Position numbers and translations under genes: made by a program. A stretch of DNA of 64,000 nt. Source: an uncultured Planctomycetia bacterium. Its GTDB lineage: Bacteria; Omnitrophota; Gorgyraeia; Tantalellales; Tantalellaceae. The DNA lies in the NCBI GenBank assembly GCA_964409365.1, contig CAYPCX010000001.1, positions 684 to 64,683 of the forward strand. The letters run 5' to 3'. This document shows positions 30,156 to 39,379 of the stretch, piece by piece; position 1 is the first letter of the stretch, and each line of letters starts with the position of its first letter. The notes under the pieces are model-generated. The model searched no databases and had not been told where the DNA came from. It saw only the letters and a list, made by a program, of their open reading frames with translations.

Positions 30156-31747
30156 ACATGGCAAAAGGATATCTGTCTTTAGTGCTCCATTCCCACCTAC
30201 CGTTCATAAGGCATCCGGAACACGATACCTTCCTGGAGGAGAACTGGCTTTTCGAGGCCGTCACCGATACTTATATCCCCCTCATAGAGGTCTTTGACCG
30301 GCTTCTGGGTTCCGGCGTGGATTTTCGCGTAACCGTCTCGTTAAGTCCCACGCTCATATCCATGCTGAGGGACGACCTGCTGGCCTCGCGCTATATCAAG
30401 CACCTGGATAAGCTCATCACACTCGCCGATCTGGAGATCGAAAGGACCAAACACGACGAAAGGATAAACCGGCTTTCCAGGATGTACCGCGACAGGTTCA
30501 CCCGCGCCCGCCACGTTTTCTGCGACAGGTACGGGAAAGACCTGGTCGGGGCTTTCAGGAAGTTCCAGGACATGGGCAAGGTGGAGGTCATCACCTGCTG
30601 CGCCACGCACGGGTATCTGCCTCTCATGGACCTTTACAGGTCCGCCGTGAACGCTCAGGTCAAGGTGGCGGTCGACGTTTACAAGGACGCGTTCGGTTCC
30701 ATACCTAAAGGAATATGGCTTCCCGAATGCGGGTACCACCCGGGCCATGACGAGATATTGAAGAAGCACGGCATAAGGTATTTTTTCGTGGAAAGCCACG
30801 GGGTCATGTTCGGCTCCCCCAGGCCGAGGTACGGGGTGCACAGCCCGTACCTGTGCAAGTCGGGGGTCGCTGTTTTCGGCAGGGATATCGAGAGCTCAAA
30901 AGCGGTGTGGAGCGCCAAGGAAGGATACCCCGGCGACTACAATTACAGGGAGTATTACCGGGACATCGGCTTCGACCTGGAATATGATTACGTAAAACCC
31001 TACATAAACGGCTGCGGGACCCGTATCAACACAGGGATAAAGTACCACAAGATAACCGGCCGGTCGGAACACAAAGATGTCTATGACCGGCCCGCCGCTC
31101 TCGAGACGGCGGCATCCCACGCAGGGAATTTCATGTTCAACAGGGAAAAGCAGGTGGAGCATCTTTGCGGCATGATGGATACCCGCGCACCCGTTATAGT
31201 TGCCCCTTACGATGCCGAGCTTTTCGGCCACTGGTGGTTCGAGGGGCCGGAGTGGCTGGAATTCCTGCTGAAGAAGATGCATTACGACCAGGACATAATA
31301 AAGACCATAACTCCCAGCGAGTACCTTTCCATGTATGACAGGTTCCCCGTGATGACCCCGGCCGCCTCCAGCTGGGGATGGAAAGGTTACAGCGAGGTCT
31401 GGCTTGACGGTTCGAATGATTGGATATACAGGCATCTTCACAAAATGTCGGAGCTCATGGAAAAAGCTGCAAGAGATCATACGGATCCCAGCGATCTTGA
31501 AAGGAGGGCCCTCAACCAGATGGCGAGGGAGCTCCTTCTGGCACAGTCCAGCGATTGGGCCTTTATAATGAAGACGGGCACGTTCACCGATTACGCCGTG
31601 AAAAGGACAAGGGAGCACATAATAAGGTTTCTCATGCTGCATGACCAGCTGAGAAGCGGCAGGATCGACGGTGAAATGCTGTCGGTCGCCGAGGGCAAAT
31701 ACAATCTGTTCAGGAATATTGATTACCGTGTTTACGCTGAAGTCTAA
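30152..31747 (+). CDS. GH57-type 1,4-alpha-glucan branching enzyme
   Basis: N-terminus YLSLVLHSHLPFIRHPE matches the GH57 branching-enzyme family (Thermus/Thermococcus type). 531 aa. Overlaps the upstream gene by 4 nt. Confidence 0.75.
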   Translation: MNMAKGYLSLVLHSHLPFIRHPEHDTFLEENWLFEAVTDTYIPLIEVFDRLLGSGVDFRVTVSLSPTLISMLRDDLLASRYIKHLDKLITLADLEIERTKHDERINRLSRMYRDRFTRARHVFCDRYGKDLVGAFRKFQDMGKVEVITCCATHGYLPLMDLYRSAVNAQVKVAVDVYKDAFGSIPKGIWLPECGYHPGHDEILKKHGIRYFFVESHGVMFGSPRPRYGVHSPYLCKSGVAVFGRDIESSKAVWSAKEGYPGDYNYREYYRDIGFDLEYDYVKPYINGCGTRINTGIKYHKITGRSEHKDVYDRPAALETAASHAGNFMFNREKQVEHLCGMMDTRAPVIVAPYDAELFGHWWFEGPEWLEFLLKKMHYDQDIIKTITPSEYLSMYDRFPVMTPAASSWGWKGYSEVWLDGSNDWIYRHLHKMSELMEKAARDHTDPSDLERRALNQMARELLLAQSSDWAFIMKTGTFTDYAVKRTREHIIRFLMLHDQLRSGRIDGEMLSVAEGKYNLFRNIDYRVYAEV

Positions 31748-31766
31748 AAAAGGAGGAGTGTAAGAG

Positions 31767-31982
31767 ATGATGGCAGTTGTGAGAAAAATAACCAAAAAAG
31801 CCGCGTCAAAGGACAAGAGTCCGGCCGCTAAAAAGACCAGAAAGAAACTGAGCTCCGACCAGATCCAGGAGCTCATAGCGAAAAAAGCTTACGAGATCTA
31901 TGAAAAGCGCGGCGGCAGGCACGGCGATGACTGGTCCGACTGGTACGAGGCCGAGAAAGCCGTAATGCGCGGACAGAAGTAA
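31767..31982 (+). CDS. DUF2934-like small basic protein
   Basis: Lys-rich N-terminus and a conserved AYEIYEKRGGRHGDDWSDWYEAEKAV segment typical of DUF2934. Confidence 0.5.
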   Translation: MMAVVRKITKKAASKDKSPAAKKTRKKLSSDQIQELIAKKAYEIYEKRGGRHGDDWSDWYEAEKAVMRGQK

Positions 31983-32049
31983 GATAAACGAGTCCGACGG
32001 CAGATTCTCCATGGGGGCATACTGCCCCCATTTTATTAAGTGAGGTATA

Positions 32050-33303
32050 ATGAAAGAAGTACTTTGTGTCATTCTGGGCGGAGGAAGGGGGACAAGGCTT
32101 TTCCCTCTTACCAAGGAAAGGTGCAAACCGGCGGTACCTCTTTTCGGCAAATACCGGTTGATAGACGTGCCTATCAGCAACTGCCTGCATTCCGGATTCA
32201 ACCGCATATACATACTTACCCAGTTCCTTTCGGAATCGCTGAACAAGCACATCAGCCGCACTTACAAGATGGACCCTTTTACCAAAGGCTTTATAGAGAT
32301 AATGACCGCCGAGCAGTCCATGGAGGATACGGACTGGTTCCAGGGCACGGCCGACGCGGTAAGACGCTGCCTTAAGCATTTTAACGATCCGACCATCAAG
32401 CACATTTTCGTCCTTTCCGGCGACCAGCTTTACAAGATGAACCTGATGGACATGTACCATTACCATCTTGATAAGGGAGCCGATGTCACGGTCGCGTGCA
32501 ACCCGGTGCCTGCCGAAGAAGCGCACGGGTTCGGCGTAATGGGGATGGATAAAAGCTCAAAGATCACAAAATTCGTCGAAAAACCCGAAAACCTCAAGGC
32601 CATCAACGACATGGCCGTCAAGACCAGGGAAGGGAAGCGTTATCTCGGGTCCATGGGTATCTATCTTTTCAACAAGAAAGCCCTTATAGAACTCCTGACC
32701 AGGGACAAGAAGGTGGATTTCGGCAAGGAGATCATCCCGGACGCCATAGATTCCAAACCCGCTTATGCGTTCTGTTTTGAAGGGTACTGGAGGGACATAG
32801 GGACGATAAAGACCTTTTACGAGGAGAACCTTGCCCTTACGGATTCGTTCCCGCCCATAAATATGTTCGACGAAAAATGGCAGTTCTTTACGCGGCCCCG
32901 GTATCTCTCCCCGGCAAAGTTCGAGAATAGCTGCATAGATAAAAGCATCATAGCCGAAGGGGCGATAATCCTTTCCGCCAGGATAGTACATTCCATCGTG
33001 GGCCTCAGGATGAGGATAGACAGCGGCACGACGCTTGAGGATACCGTGGCGATGGGGTGTGATTATTACGAGACGGTCGACCAGCTCGAGGGAGATGCCA
33101 CGGCGGGAGTGCCGCAGCTGGGGGTGGGCAAGAACTGTGTTATACGCAAGGCCATACTGGACAAGAACGTGAGAATAGGGGACAATGTCAAGATAGTCAA
33201 CTCTAAAGGTGTTGGGGATTTCGACGGCCCCAATTATTATATCAGGGACGGTATCGTCATCATATACAAGAATTCGGTCATACCGTCGGGTACTGTTATC
33301 TGA
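32050..33303 (+). CDS. glgC: Glucose-1-phosphate adenylyltransferase
   Basis: ILGGGRGTRLFPLTKERCKPAVPLFGKYRLIDVPISNC is the GlgC N-terminal signature. It has the left-handed beta-helix C-terminus. Confidence 0.9.
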   Translation: MKEVLCVILGGGRGTRLFPLTKERCKPAVPLFGKYRLIDVPISNCLHSGFNRIYILTQFLSESLNKHISRTYKMDPFTKGFIEIMTAEQSMEDTDWFQGTADAVRRCLKHFNDPTIKHIFVLSGDQLYKMNLMDMYHYHLDKGADVTVACNPVPAEEAHGFGVMGMDKSSKITKFVEKPENLKAINDMAVKTREGKRYLGSMGIYLFNKKALIELLTRDKKVDFGKEIIPDAIDSKPAYAFCFEGYWRDIGTIKTFYEENLALTDSFPPINMFDEKWQFFTRPRYLSPAKFENSCIDKSIIAEGAIILSARIVHSIVGLRMRIDSGTTLEDTVAMGCDYYETVDQLEGDATAGVPQLGVGKNCVIRKAILDKNVRIGDNVKIVNSKGVGDFDGPNYYIRDGIVIIYKNSVIPSGTVI

Positions 33304-33305
33304 CG

Positions 33306-33336
33306 TCTGTCTTCTGACATCTGTCTTCTGACATCT
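33306..33336 (+). repeat. 14-nt tandem repeat (tctgtcttctgaca) x about 2.3
   Basis: Overlaps the glgC stop region. Related to the agaagac family on the opposite strand. Confidence 0.7.
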
Positions 33337-33343
33337 GATAGAT

Positions 33344-34105
33344 ATGCCTGATACATTCGCCATAACCATAATTTTCATTATTGTCTGCACCGTAGTCGGC
33401 GCTTTCATAAAAGGCCGGACGAAAGACAGATGCCTGGACGATTTTTCCGGTTTCAGAGTTACCCTTGAAAGGGCCGACGGAAAAACGGTATGGGGGAAGC
33501 TCCGCGTTGAAAATTCCGGCCTGGAACTCATCTACGACAAGCCGTATTTTGACGAAAAGGATGGACATGCCGAGACCAGTTATATCCTTTACAAGAACGA
33601 ATACGGCGATCTGAGACACATTGTCTGCTATCTTGACGAACTGGACCCAGCCAAGGCGGAGCTCCGCGCGAAAAGCCTCGAAAAGACGACGAACCCGGCG
33701 TGGCATTCGCGCCTTACGCGCAGGGTCCGCAATGTCTTCGGCACCGTCCGGGATTCTATCCTCGAAGTGTTCAACCTTTTCATGGGAAAGATGAAGTCAG
33801 CGGGGTCCGTCGGTAAACTGCTCCAGGGGCAGGACAAGTATATCGCCCAGATGCAGCAGCAGGCCTTTTCAGCGGTCGGGTCCGCTTATGAACCGATACT
33901 GGAAAGATATCTCGGAAAGAGGGTCATCATGGCGGTCGTCAGGGAAGGGAAAAAGAAGGAATACGAGGGCATACTGAAGGATTATACCACCGAGTTCATA
34001 GAACTGCTGGACATAAAGTATAAAGAAGGCGGTGAGCAGAAGGTCCGTGAAGCCGATATCCTGGTGCCCAGGGCCTTGGGGACGGTGCGGCACTCGGGCG
34101 TTTAG
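33344..34105 (+). CDS. Hypothetical membrane-anchored protein
   Basis: Single N-terminal TM. No recognisable motifs. Flanked by heptamer arrays. Confidence 0.4.
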   Translation: MPDTFAITIIFIIVCTVVGAFIKGRTKDRCLDDFSGFRVTLERADGKTVWGKLRVENSGLELIYDKPYFDEKDGHAETSYILYKNEYGDLRHIVCYLDELDPAKAELRAKSLEKTTNPAWHSRLTRRVRNVFGTVRDSILEVFNLFMGKMKSAGSVGKLLQGQDKYIAQMQQQAFSAVGSAYEPILERYLGKRVIMAVVREGKKKEYEGILKDYTTEFIELLDIKYKEGGEQKVREADILVPRALGTVRHSGV

Positions 34106-34115
34106 GTGTCAGAGC

Positions 34116-34183
<68 letters not shown>

Positions 34184-34370
34184 AGGTGCCAAGAGGATGT
34201 TAGATATTAGTTGTTAGTTTTTAGTTCTTGGTTTTTAGTCGTACAACTCATAACCAACAACTCACAACTCAACACTTGTTACTTTTTCCTTTTTCCTTGT
34301 TACTGTTCTCTGGTTACTGGAAACTGGTTACTCAATACCCAATACTCAATACTAAAAAGGGGAGCGAACT

Positions 34371-34952
34371 TTGAAGGTGCTGGGGATATGCGGCAGTCCG
34401 AGAAAAGGCGGCAATTCCGACACGCTTCTGGATAAAGCCCTGGAAGGTGCCGCCTCGGCCGGCGCCGACACGGAAAAACTTGTTCTTGATGAAATGGATA
34501 TCTCGCCCGTCCGCGAGAAAGAATATGGTAATATCACGGACGAAGGACTATCGGTGGTTAATGACGACGCGAATGCCGTATTGCGGAAGATCGCAGGATG
34601 CGACGTCCTCATCATCGCGTCGCCGGTCTTCTTCGGGAGCGTCTCCACCCAGACAAAGATCATGATAGACAGGGCCCAGTGTTTATGGGTGGCAAAGAAC
34701 GTCCATGGCAGGGAAGTGTTCCCGGCCAGGAGAAAAGGCGCTTTTATCTGCGTGGCGGGTTCGGACAGGGAGGATTTTTTCGAGAACGCCAGGTCTATCA
34801 TCAAACATTTTTTCGCCGTTATTAACGCCGATTACGAAGGAGAGCTGTTCTGTGCCGGCGTTGATAAAAAAGCGGAAGTGTTGGAACGTCCCGAAACGCT
34901 CGAGAGTGCTTCCGAGCTGGGCAGGATCCTGGCGCGGACAACCGGTCGTTAA
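34371..34952 (+). CDS. Flavodoxin-fold NAD(P)H-dependent FMN reductase family protein
   Basis: MKVLGICGSPRKGGNSDTLL N-terminus typical of PF03358-type flavoproteins. Confidence 0.6.
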   Translation: MKVLGICGSPRKGGNSDTLLDKALEGAASAGADTEKLVLDEMDISPVREKEYGNITDEGLSVVNDDANAVLRKIAGCDVLIIASPVFFGSVSTQTKIMIDRAQCLWVAKNVHGREVFPARRKGAFICVAGSDREDFFENARSIIKHFFAVINADYEGELFCAGVDKKAEVLERPETLESASELGRILARTTGR

Positions 34953-34971
34953 AAGAGCTGGATAATGCCAT

Positions 34972-36063
34972 ATGGATGTTATTCTCGGCATAGTAAAAGA
35001 ATCATTTTTCCTGATGAACAAAATGTCCCCGTATCTTCTTTTCGGGTTCCTTTTCGCGGGGCTTCTTCACGTTTTCATCGATACCGCGACCATCGCGAGA
35101 CATCTGGGCAAGAGCAACTTCCTTTCCGTCGTAAAAGCGTCACTTTTCGGCATCCCCTTGCCGCTTTGCTCCTGCGGCGTCATACCCGCCGCTTCTTCTC
35201 TTCGCAGGGAGGGGGCGAGTAAAGGGTCCATCGTATCGTTCCTTATCTCTACTCCCACGACCGGTGTAGATTCCATTCTTGCGACCTATTCCCTCCTGGG
35301 TGGGCTATTCGCGGTATACAGGGTGATAGCTTCTTTTATGGCCGGGGTATTTTCCGGAGTGCTTACCAATATCCTTGTCAGGGGAGAGCGGGAAGCTCCC
35401 GCGAAAGAAGAGAAGAGCTGCAGGCTTTGCGGGGAGAATGAACAGCACAGGCATTCCGTTCCATATAAGATAAAAGAGGTTTTCCGTTACGCATTTGGCG
35501 AACTCCTGAGCGACATAGGGAAATGGCTCCTCCTGGGCATCCTGATAGGGGGAGTGATCTCCTTTTTTATGCCGGATAAGTTCATCCACACGTATCTCGG
35601 GTCCGGCTGGAAAGCCATGTTCGTAATGCTCGTGATCGGTATCCCGATGTACGTGTGCGCGACCGGTTCGATACCCATAGCGGCGGCTCTCATGCTCAAA
35701 GGCATGAACCCGGGAGCCGCATTCGTGTTCCTCATGGCGGGCCCGGCGACCAACGCCATCGGGATTACCGTAATAGCCAAAGAGATAGGGAAAAAGGCGG
35801 TCGCGATATATCTTTTTTCCATAGCCGTAAGCAGCCTCGCCCTGGGAATGCTGCTGGACAAGGTATGGCATCTCCTGCATATAAAAGGGTTCGATCAAGC
35901 GCTGAAGCACGCTGAATTTTTGCCCGGCTGGATCGGATATGCCTGCACGTTTGCTTTGCTGTTGCTTATTGGTTATAATTTCTTTCATGGCATGAAGAAC
36001 AAGGTGAGGAAGGAAAACCGGAGGGCCGCCGATGAAGGTCTTGATCATCGTGGACATGCTTAA
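34972..36063 (+). CDS. COG0701/DUF318-type permease (SO_0444-like, with CxxC loop)
   Basis: Multi-TM with CSCGVIP and CRLCGEN motifs. Resembles the predicted permease family with a metal-binding loop. Confidence 0.55.
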   Translation: MDVILGIVKESFFLMNKMSPYLLFGFLFAGLLHVFIDTATIARHLGKSNFLSVVKASLFGIPLPLCSCGVIPAASSLRREGASKGSIVSFLISTPTTGVDSILATYSLLGGLFAVYRVIASFMAGVFSGVLTNILVRGEREAPAKEEKSCRLCGENEQHRHSVPYKIKEVFRYAFGELLSDIGKWLLLGILIGGVISFFMPDKFIHTYLGSGWKAMFVMLVIGIPMYVCATGSIPIAAALMLKGMNPGAAFVFLMAGPATNAIGITVIAKEIGKKAVAIYLFSIAVSSLALGMLLDKVWHLLHIKGFDQALKHAEFLPGWIGYACTFALLLLIGYNFFHGMKNKVRKENRRAADEGLDHRGHA

Positions 36064-36550
36064 AGATTTCATGGAAAAAGGCGGTACGCTTTATTGCGGT
36101 GATAAGGGCAGGGATATCATACCTTTTATCAAGAGCAAGATAGGCGAGTGCCGGACCTCGCCGGATTGCAGGGTTATTTATATCTGTGACGCGCACGATC
36201 CCGACGACAAGGAATTCAACATGTATGAAGCCCATGCCGTTAAAGGGTCGGAAGGCTCCAGGATCATAGACGAGCTCGAGCCGGAAGCATCCGACATCAT
36301 TATCGAGAAGAAGACCCTGAGGCCTTTTTACGGTACCGATCTTGGCAAAGTTCTGAAAGAGCTGGGTCCGGAAGAAGTGATGGTCACCGGTGTGTGCACT
36401 TCCATATGTATCATGGAAGTGGTCGGCGGGTTGAGGGTGAGGGGATATAATACCGTGGTCTACAGGGATGGCGTGGCGGATTTTGATCCACAGGCCCACG
36501 AGCCGGCCCTGAAGAGGATGGAAAAGACGTTCAAAGCGAGAGTTTTATGA
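36032..36550 (+). CDS. Isochorismatase-family cysteine hydrolase (nicotinamidase PncA-like)
   Basis: VLIIVDMLKDF...ICDAHDPDD...VTGVCTSICIMEVV contains the D/K/C catalytic-triad pattern of isochorismatase/nicotinamidase. Overlaps the permease by 32 nt. Lies upstream of a NAPRTase gene. Confidence 0.6.
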   Translation: MKVLIIVDMLKDFMEKGGTLYCGDKGRDIIPFIKSKIGECRTSPDCRVIYICDAHDPDDKEFNMYEAHAVKGSEGSRIIDELEPEASDIIIEKKTLRPFYGTDLGKVLKELGPEEVMVTGVCTSICIMEVVGGLRVRGYNTVVYRDGVADFDPQAHEPALKRMEKTFKARVL

Positions 36551-36665
36551 CAAGGGAACTTGAGCCGAGGAATACGGGACGGTGAGTCAGGTGTCTGGTT
36601 TTGACACTCTGACACTAGTGAGCGCGGCGAACGATGACGCTCTGACACTTTAAGGAGGGCATACT

Positions 36666-37793
36666 TTGGCGAGGTGGCAATACGGGAAGAGGCTGAAACC
36701 CTCGGTTTTCGATATACCCGTCAAGAAGATAAAAAGCGGTTGGTACAGCGATAAATATTTCGTCCGGACCAAAAAAATACTGGAAAAGGACAATAACCAC
36801 ACCCGTGTTCTTATGCAGGTATTCTGCAGGAAGAACGCCGTGGTGTGCGGTATTGACGAGGCGATAGCCATACTCAAATTGTGCGCTGATAGGCCCGAGG
36901 AACTGAAAATAAAGGCCCTTTTTGACGGTGACGAGGTCAAGGCCGGCGATACGGTGATGACCATAGAAGGGGATTACAGCACTTTCGCCCATCTTGAAAC
37001 GGTATACCTGGGCGTGATAGCCAGGCCCACGGCCGTGGCTACCGCCGTTAAAAAGGTGGTAAAGGCCGCCCGCGACAAAAAGGTGCTTTTCTTTCCCGCC
37101 AGGTTCGACCATTACAGGGTCCAGGCGACCGACGGCTATGCCGCTTTCATATCGGGAGCTCTCGGCGTTTCGACAGATGCCCAGGGCCTGTGGTGGGGCG
37201 AGCAGGGGCTGGGTACGGTCCCGCACGGCCTTATAGCCGCCTATAAAGGGGATACGGTCAAAGCCGCGAAGGCGTTCGACAAGTACATGCCGGCAGACAT
37301 ACAGCGCGTCGTCCTTGTGGATTTCCAGAACGATTGTATAGGCACTTCTCTGGAAGTAGCCGAAGCCCTCGGTGAGCGGTTGTGGGGCGTGCGCTTTGAT
37401 ACCGCCGAGGACGTGAGAGATATCTCCGTTAGAGGCAGGGGGAAGGATTCCTACGGCGTTTGCCCGGAACTCGTGTTCAAGGCCAGGAAGGCCCTTGACA
37501 AGCGCGGTTTCGGCCATGTGCGGATAGTGGTCTCGAGCGGTTTCAATGAAGAGAAGATAAAGAAGTTCATACGCCTTAAAGTGCCGTTCGACGCCGTTGG
37601 CGTGGGGTCGGCGCTTCTCAGGGAGAAGGTGGACTTCACGGCCGATATCGTCAAGGTTAGCGGGAAGCCATGTGTGAAGATCGGACGCAAGTATAACCCG
37701 AACTTGCGGTTGAAACCGGTTAGGTTCAAGGACACTGTTGCCAAGTACCGTGACGAGAAGAAGATCTCTCCCGCCCGCCCCCGCAAGCGATAA
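36666..37793 (+). CDS. pncB: Nicotinate phosphoribosyltransferase family protein (short archaeal-type)
   Basis: 375 aa with a type II PRTase barrel pattern (YSDKYFVRTKKIL...FGHVRIVVSSGFNEEKI). Confidence 0.65.
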   Translation: MARWQYGKRLKPSVFDIPVKKIKSGWYSDKYFVRTKKILEKDNNHTRVLMQVFCRKNAVVCGIDEAIAILKLCADRPEELKIKALFDGDEVKAGDTVMTIEGDYSTFAHLETVYLGVIARPTAVATAVKKVVKAARDKKVLFFPARFDHYRVQATDGYAAFISGALGVSTDAQGLWWGEQGLGTVPHGLIAAYKGDTVKAAKAFDKYMPADIQRVVLVDFQNDCIGTSLEVAEALGERLWGVRFDTAEDVRDISVRGRGKDSYGVCPELVFKARKALDKRGFGHVRIVVSSGFNEEKIKKFIRLKVPFDAVGVGSALLREKVDFTADIVKVSGKPCVKIGRKYNPNLRLKPVRFKDTVAKYRDEKKISPARPRKR

Positions 37794-37899
37794 TCTGTAC
37801 GAGCCATGTTGTCAATCCCACTTTCTTATGTTACAATACCAACCTAAATTATAATCATTCCCTTATCGATACTTGTATCCACAAAAGCGGAGGCGGAAA

Positions 37900-39354
37900 A
37901 TGAGCGGGGTATTCGGAGCTATTTCCAGCGGTAATTGTTCAGAGGTACTTCTTTACGGGATAGATTATCATTCGCATCTCGGCACCGAATACGGCGGAAT
38001 GGCCGTGCTTGGCGAGACCTTCCAGCGCCAGATCCATAATATCAGCCAGAGCCAGTTCAAGTCAAAGTTCTATGAGGACTGCCAGAAAATGGTCGGCAAA
38101 AAAGGTATAGGGGTCATAAGCGACAGCAACGAACAGCCCATGTACCTCAATTCGAAGTTCGGGCCGTTCTGTATAGTCACCAGCGGTCTTATCGAGAACA
38201 CGGATGAACTGGCGAAGGGGCTTATGGAGGAGGGTGTGTCCTTCAGCGAGATGGGCGGCGGCAGGGTCAACACGACGGAACTCATAGCTAAATTGATAAG
38301 CCGGGGTAAGGACCTCGTTGACGGTATTGAATATATGTTCAACGAGATAGAAGGGTCCTGCTCGCTTCTGATACTGAACGAGGACGGGGTCTACGCCGCC
38401 AGGGACCGCCTCGGTTATACGCCTCTTGTTATCGGCAAGCGCGATGACGCTTGGGCCGTCGCCTCCGAAACGAGCGCCTTTCCGAATAACCGGTTCGAGG
38501 CGGTCAAATACCTGGACCCGGGCGAGATAGTGCTTCTTAATGAACAGGGAATGGCTCAGAGAGTGCCGGGTAAGGAGAAAAACCAGATATGCGCTTTTTT
38601 ATGGATATATACCGGTTTCCCGGCGTCCAGCTATGAGGGTATTAACGTAGAGACGGTGAGAGAGAGGAGCGGCCGTTACCTGGCCAGGCGTGACAAGGAT
38701 ATAGAGGTCGATGTGGTTTCCGGAGTGCCGGATTCGGGGCTCGCGCACGGGCTCGGTTATGCCATGGAGTCGGGTAAGCCTTTCAGGCGCCCACTGGTGA
38801 AATATACGCCCGGTTACGGGAGAAGTTACACACCGCCGTCGCAAAAGACACGCGACCTGATAGCCACGATGAAGCTCATACCCATCGAGGATATAATAAG
38901 GGACAACAGGATAGTCGTTTGCGAGGACTCTATCGTAAGGGGTACCCAGCTGAAGAACTTCACGGTGAAAAAGCTGTGGGATCGCGGCGCGAAAGAGATA
39001 CACGTCAGGCCCGCCTGTCCGCCGCTCATGTTCCCGTGCAAGTTCTGCCTGTCCACCAGGAGCATACACGAGCTTGCCGCCCGCAAGGCGATAAAGGCGC
39101 TGGAAGGGCATGACCTTGAGGACGTTTCCGAGTATATAGACCACACGTCCGAAAAGTACAAGAAGATGGTGGATTGGATAACCGAAGATCTAGATGTCAC
39201 TACGTTACGATACCAGACGATCGAGGATATGGTGGACGCCGTGGGCCTTCCCCGGGAAAAATTGTGCCTTTATTGCTGGAACGGCGAATGTCCCGGTGCC
39301 GGGAAAACCTGTAAAAAAGAACAGGTCGCCGAAAAGGTGGCCGGAGCAAAATAA
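37900..39354 (+). CDS. purF: Amidophosphoribosyltransferase-like protein (PurF family; possible 12-residue propeptide)
   Basis: Ntn-GATase fold and C-terminal PRTase motifs (VVSGVPDSGLAHGLGY, IVVCEDSIVRGTQL). The first Cys is at residue 13 (MSGVFGAISSGNC), not residue 2. The ORF-track start is at 37873. Confidence 0.6.
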   Translation: MSGVFGAISSGNCSEVLLYGIDYHSHLGTEYGGMAVLGETFQRQIHNISQSQFKSKFYEDCQKMVGKKGIGVISDSNEQPMYLNSKFGPFCIVTSGLIENTDELAKGLMEEGVSFSEMGGGRVNTTELIAKLISRGKDLVDGIEYMFNEIEGSCSLLILNEDGVYAARDRLGYTPLVIGKRDDAWAVASETSAFPNNRFEAVKYLDPGEIVLLNEQGMAQRVPGKEKNQICAFLWIYTGFPASSYEGINVETVRERSGRYLARRDKDIEVDVVSGVPDSGLAHGLGYAMESGKPFRRPLVKYTPGYGRSYTPPSQKTRDLIATMKLIPIEDIIRDNRIVVCEDSIVRGTQLKNFTVKKLWDRGAKEIHVRPACPPLMFPCKFCLSTRSIHELAARKAIKALEGHDLEDVSEYIDHTSEKYKKMVDWITEDLDVTTLRYQTIEDMVDAVGLPREKLCLYCWNGECPGAGKTCKKEQVAEKVAGAK

Positions 39355-39379
39355 GACCGGAAAAGAATTGAGATATTTT

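Noticed and set aside
32557-33531. 324-aa minus-strand ORF
   Set aside because: Antisense to glgC, whose plus-strand frame has unmistakable ADP-glucose pyrophosphorylase motifs.
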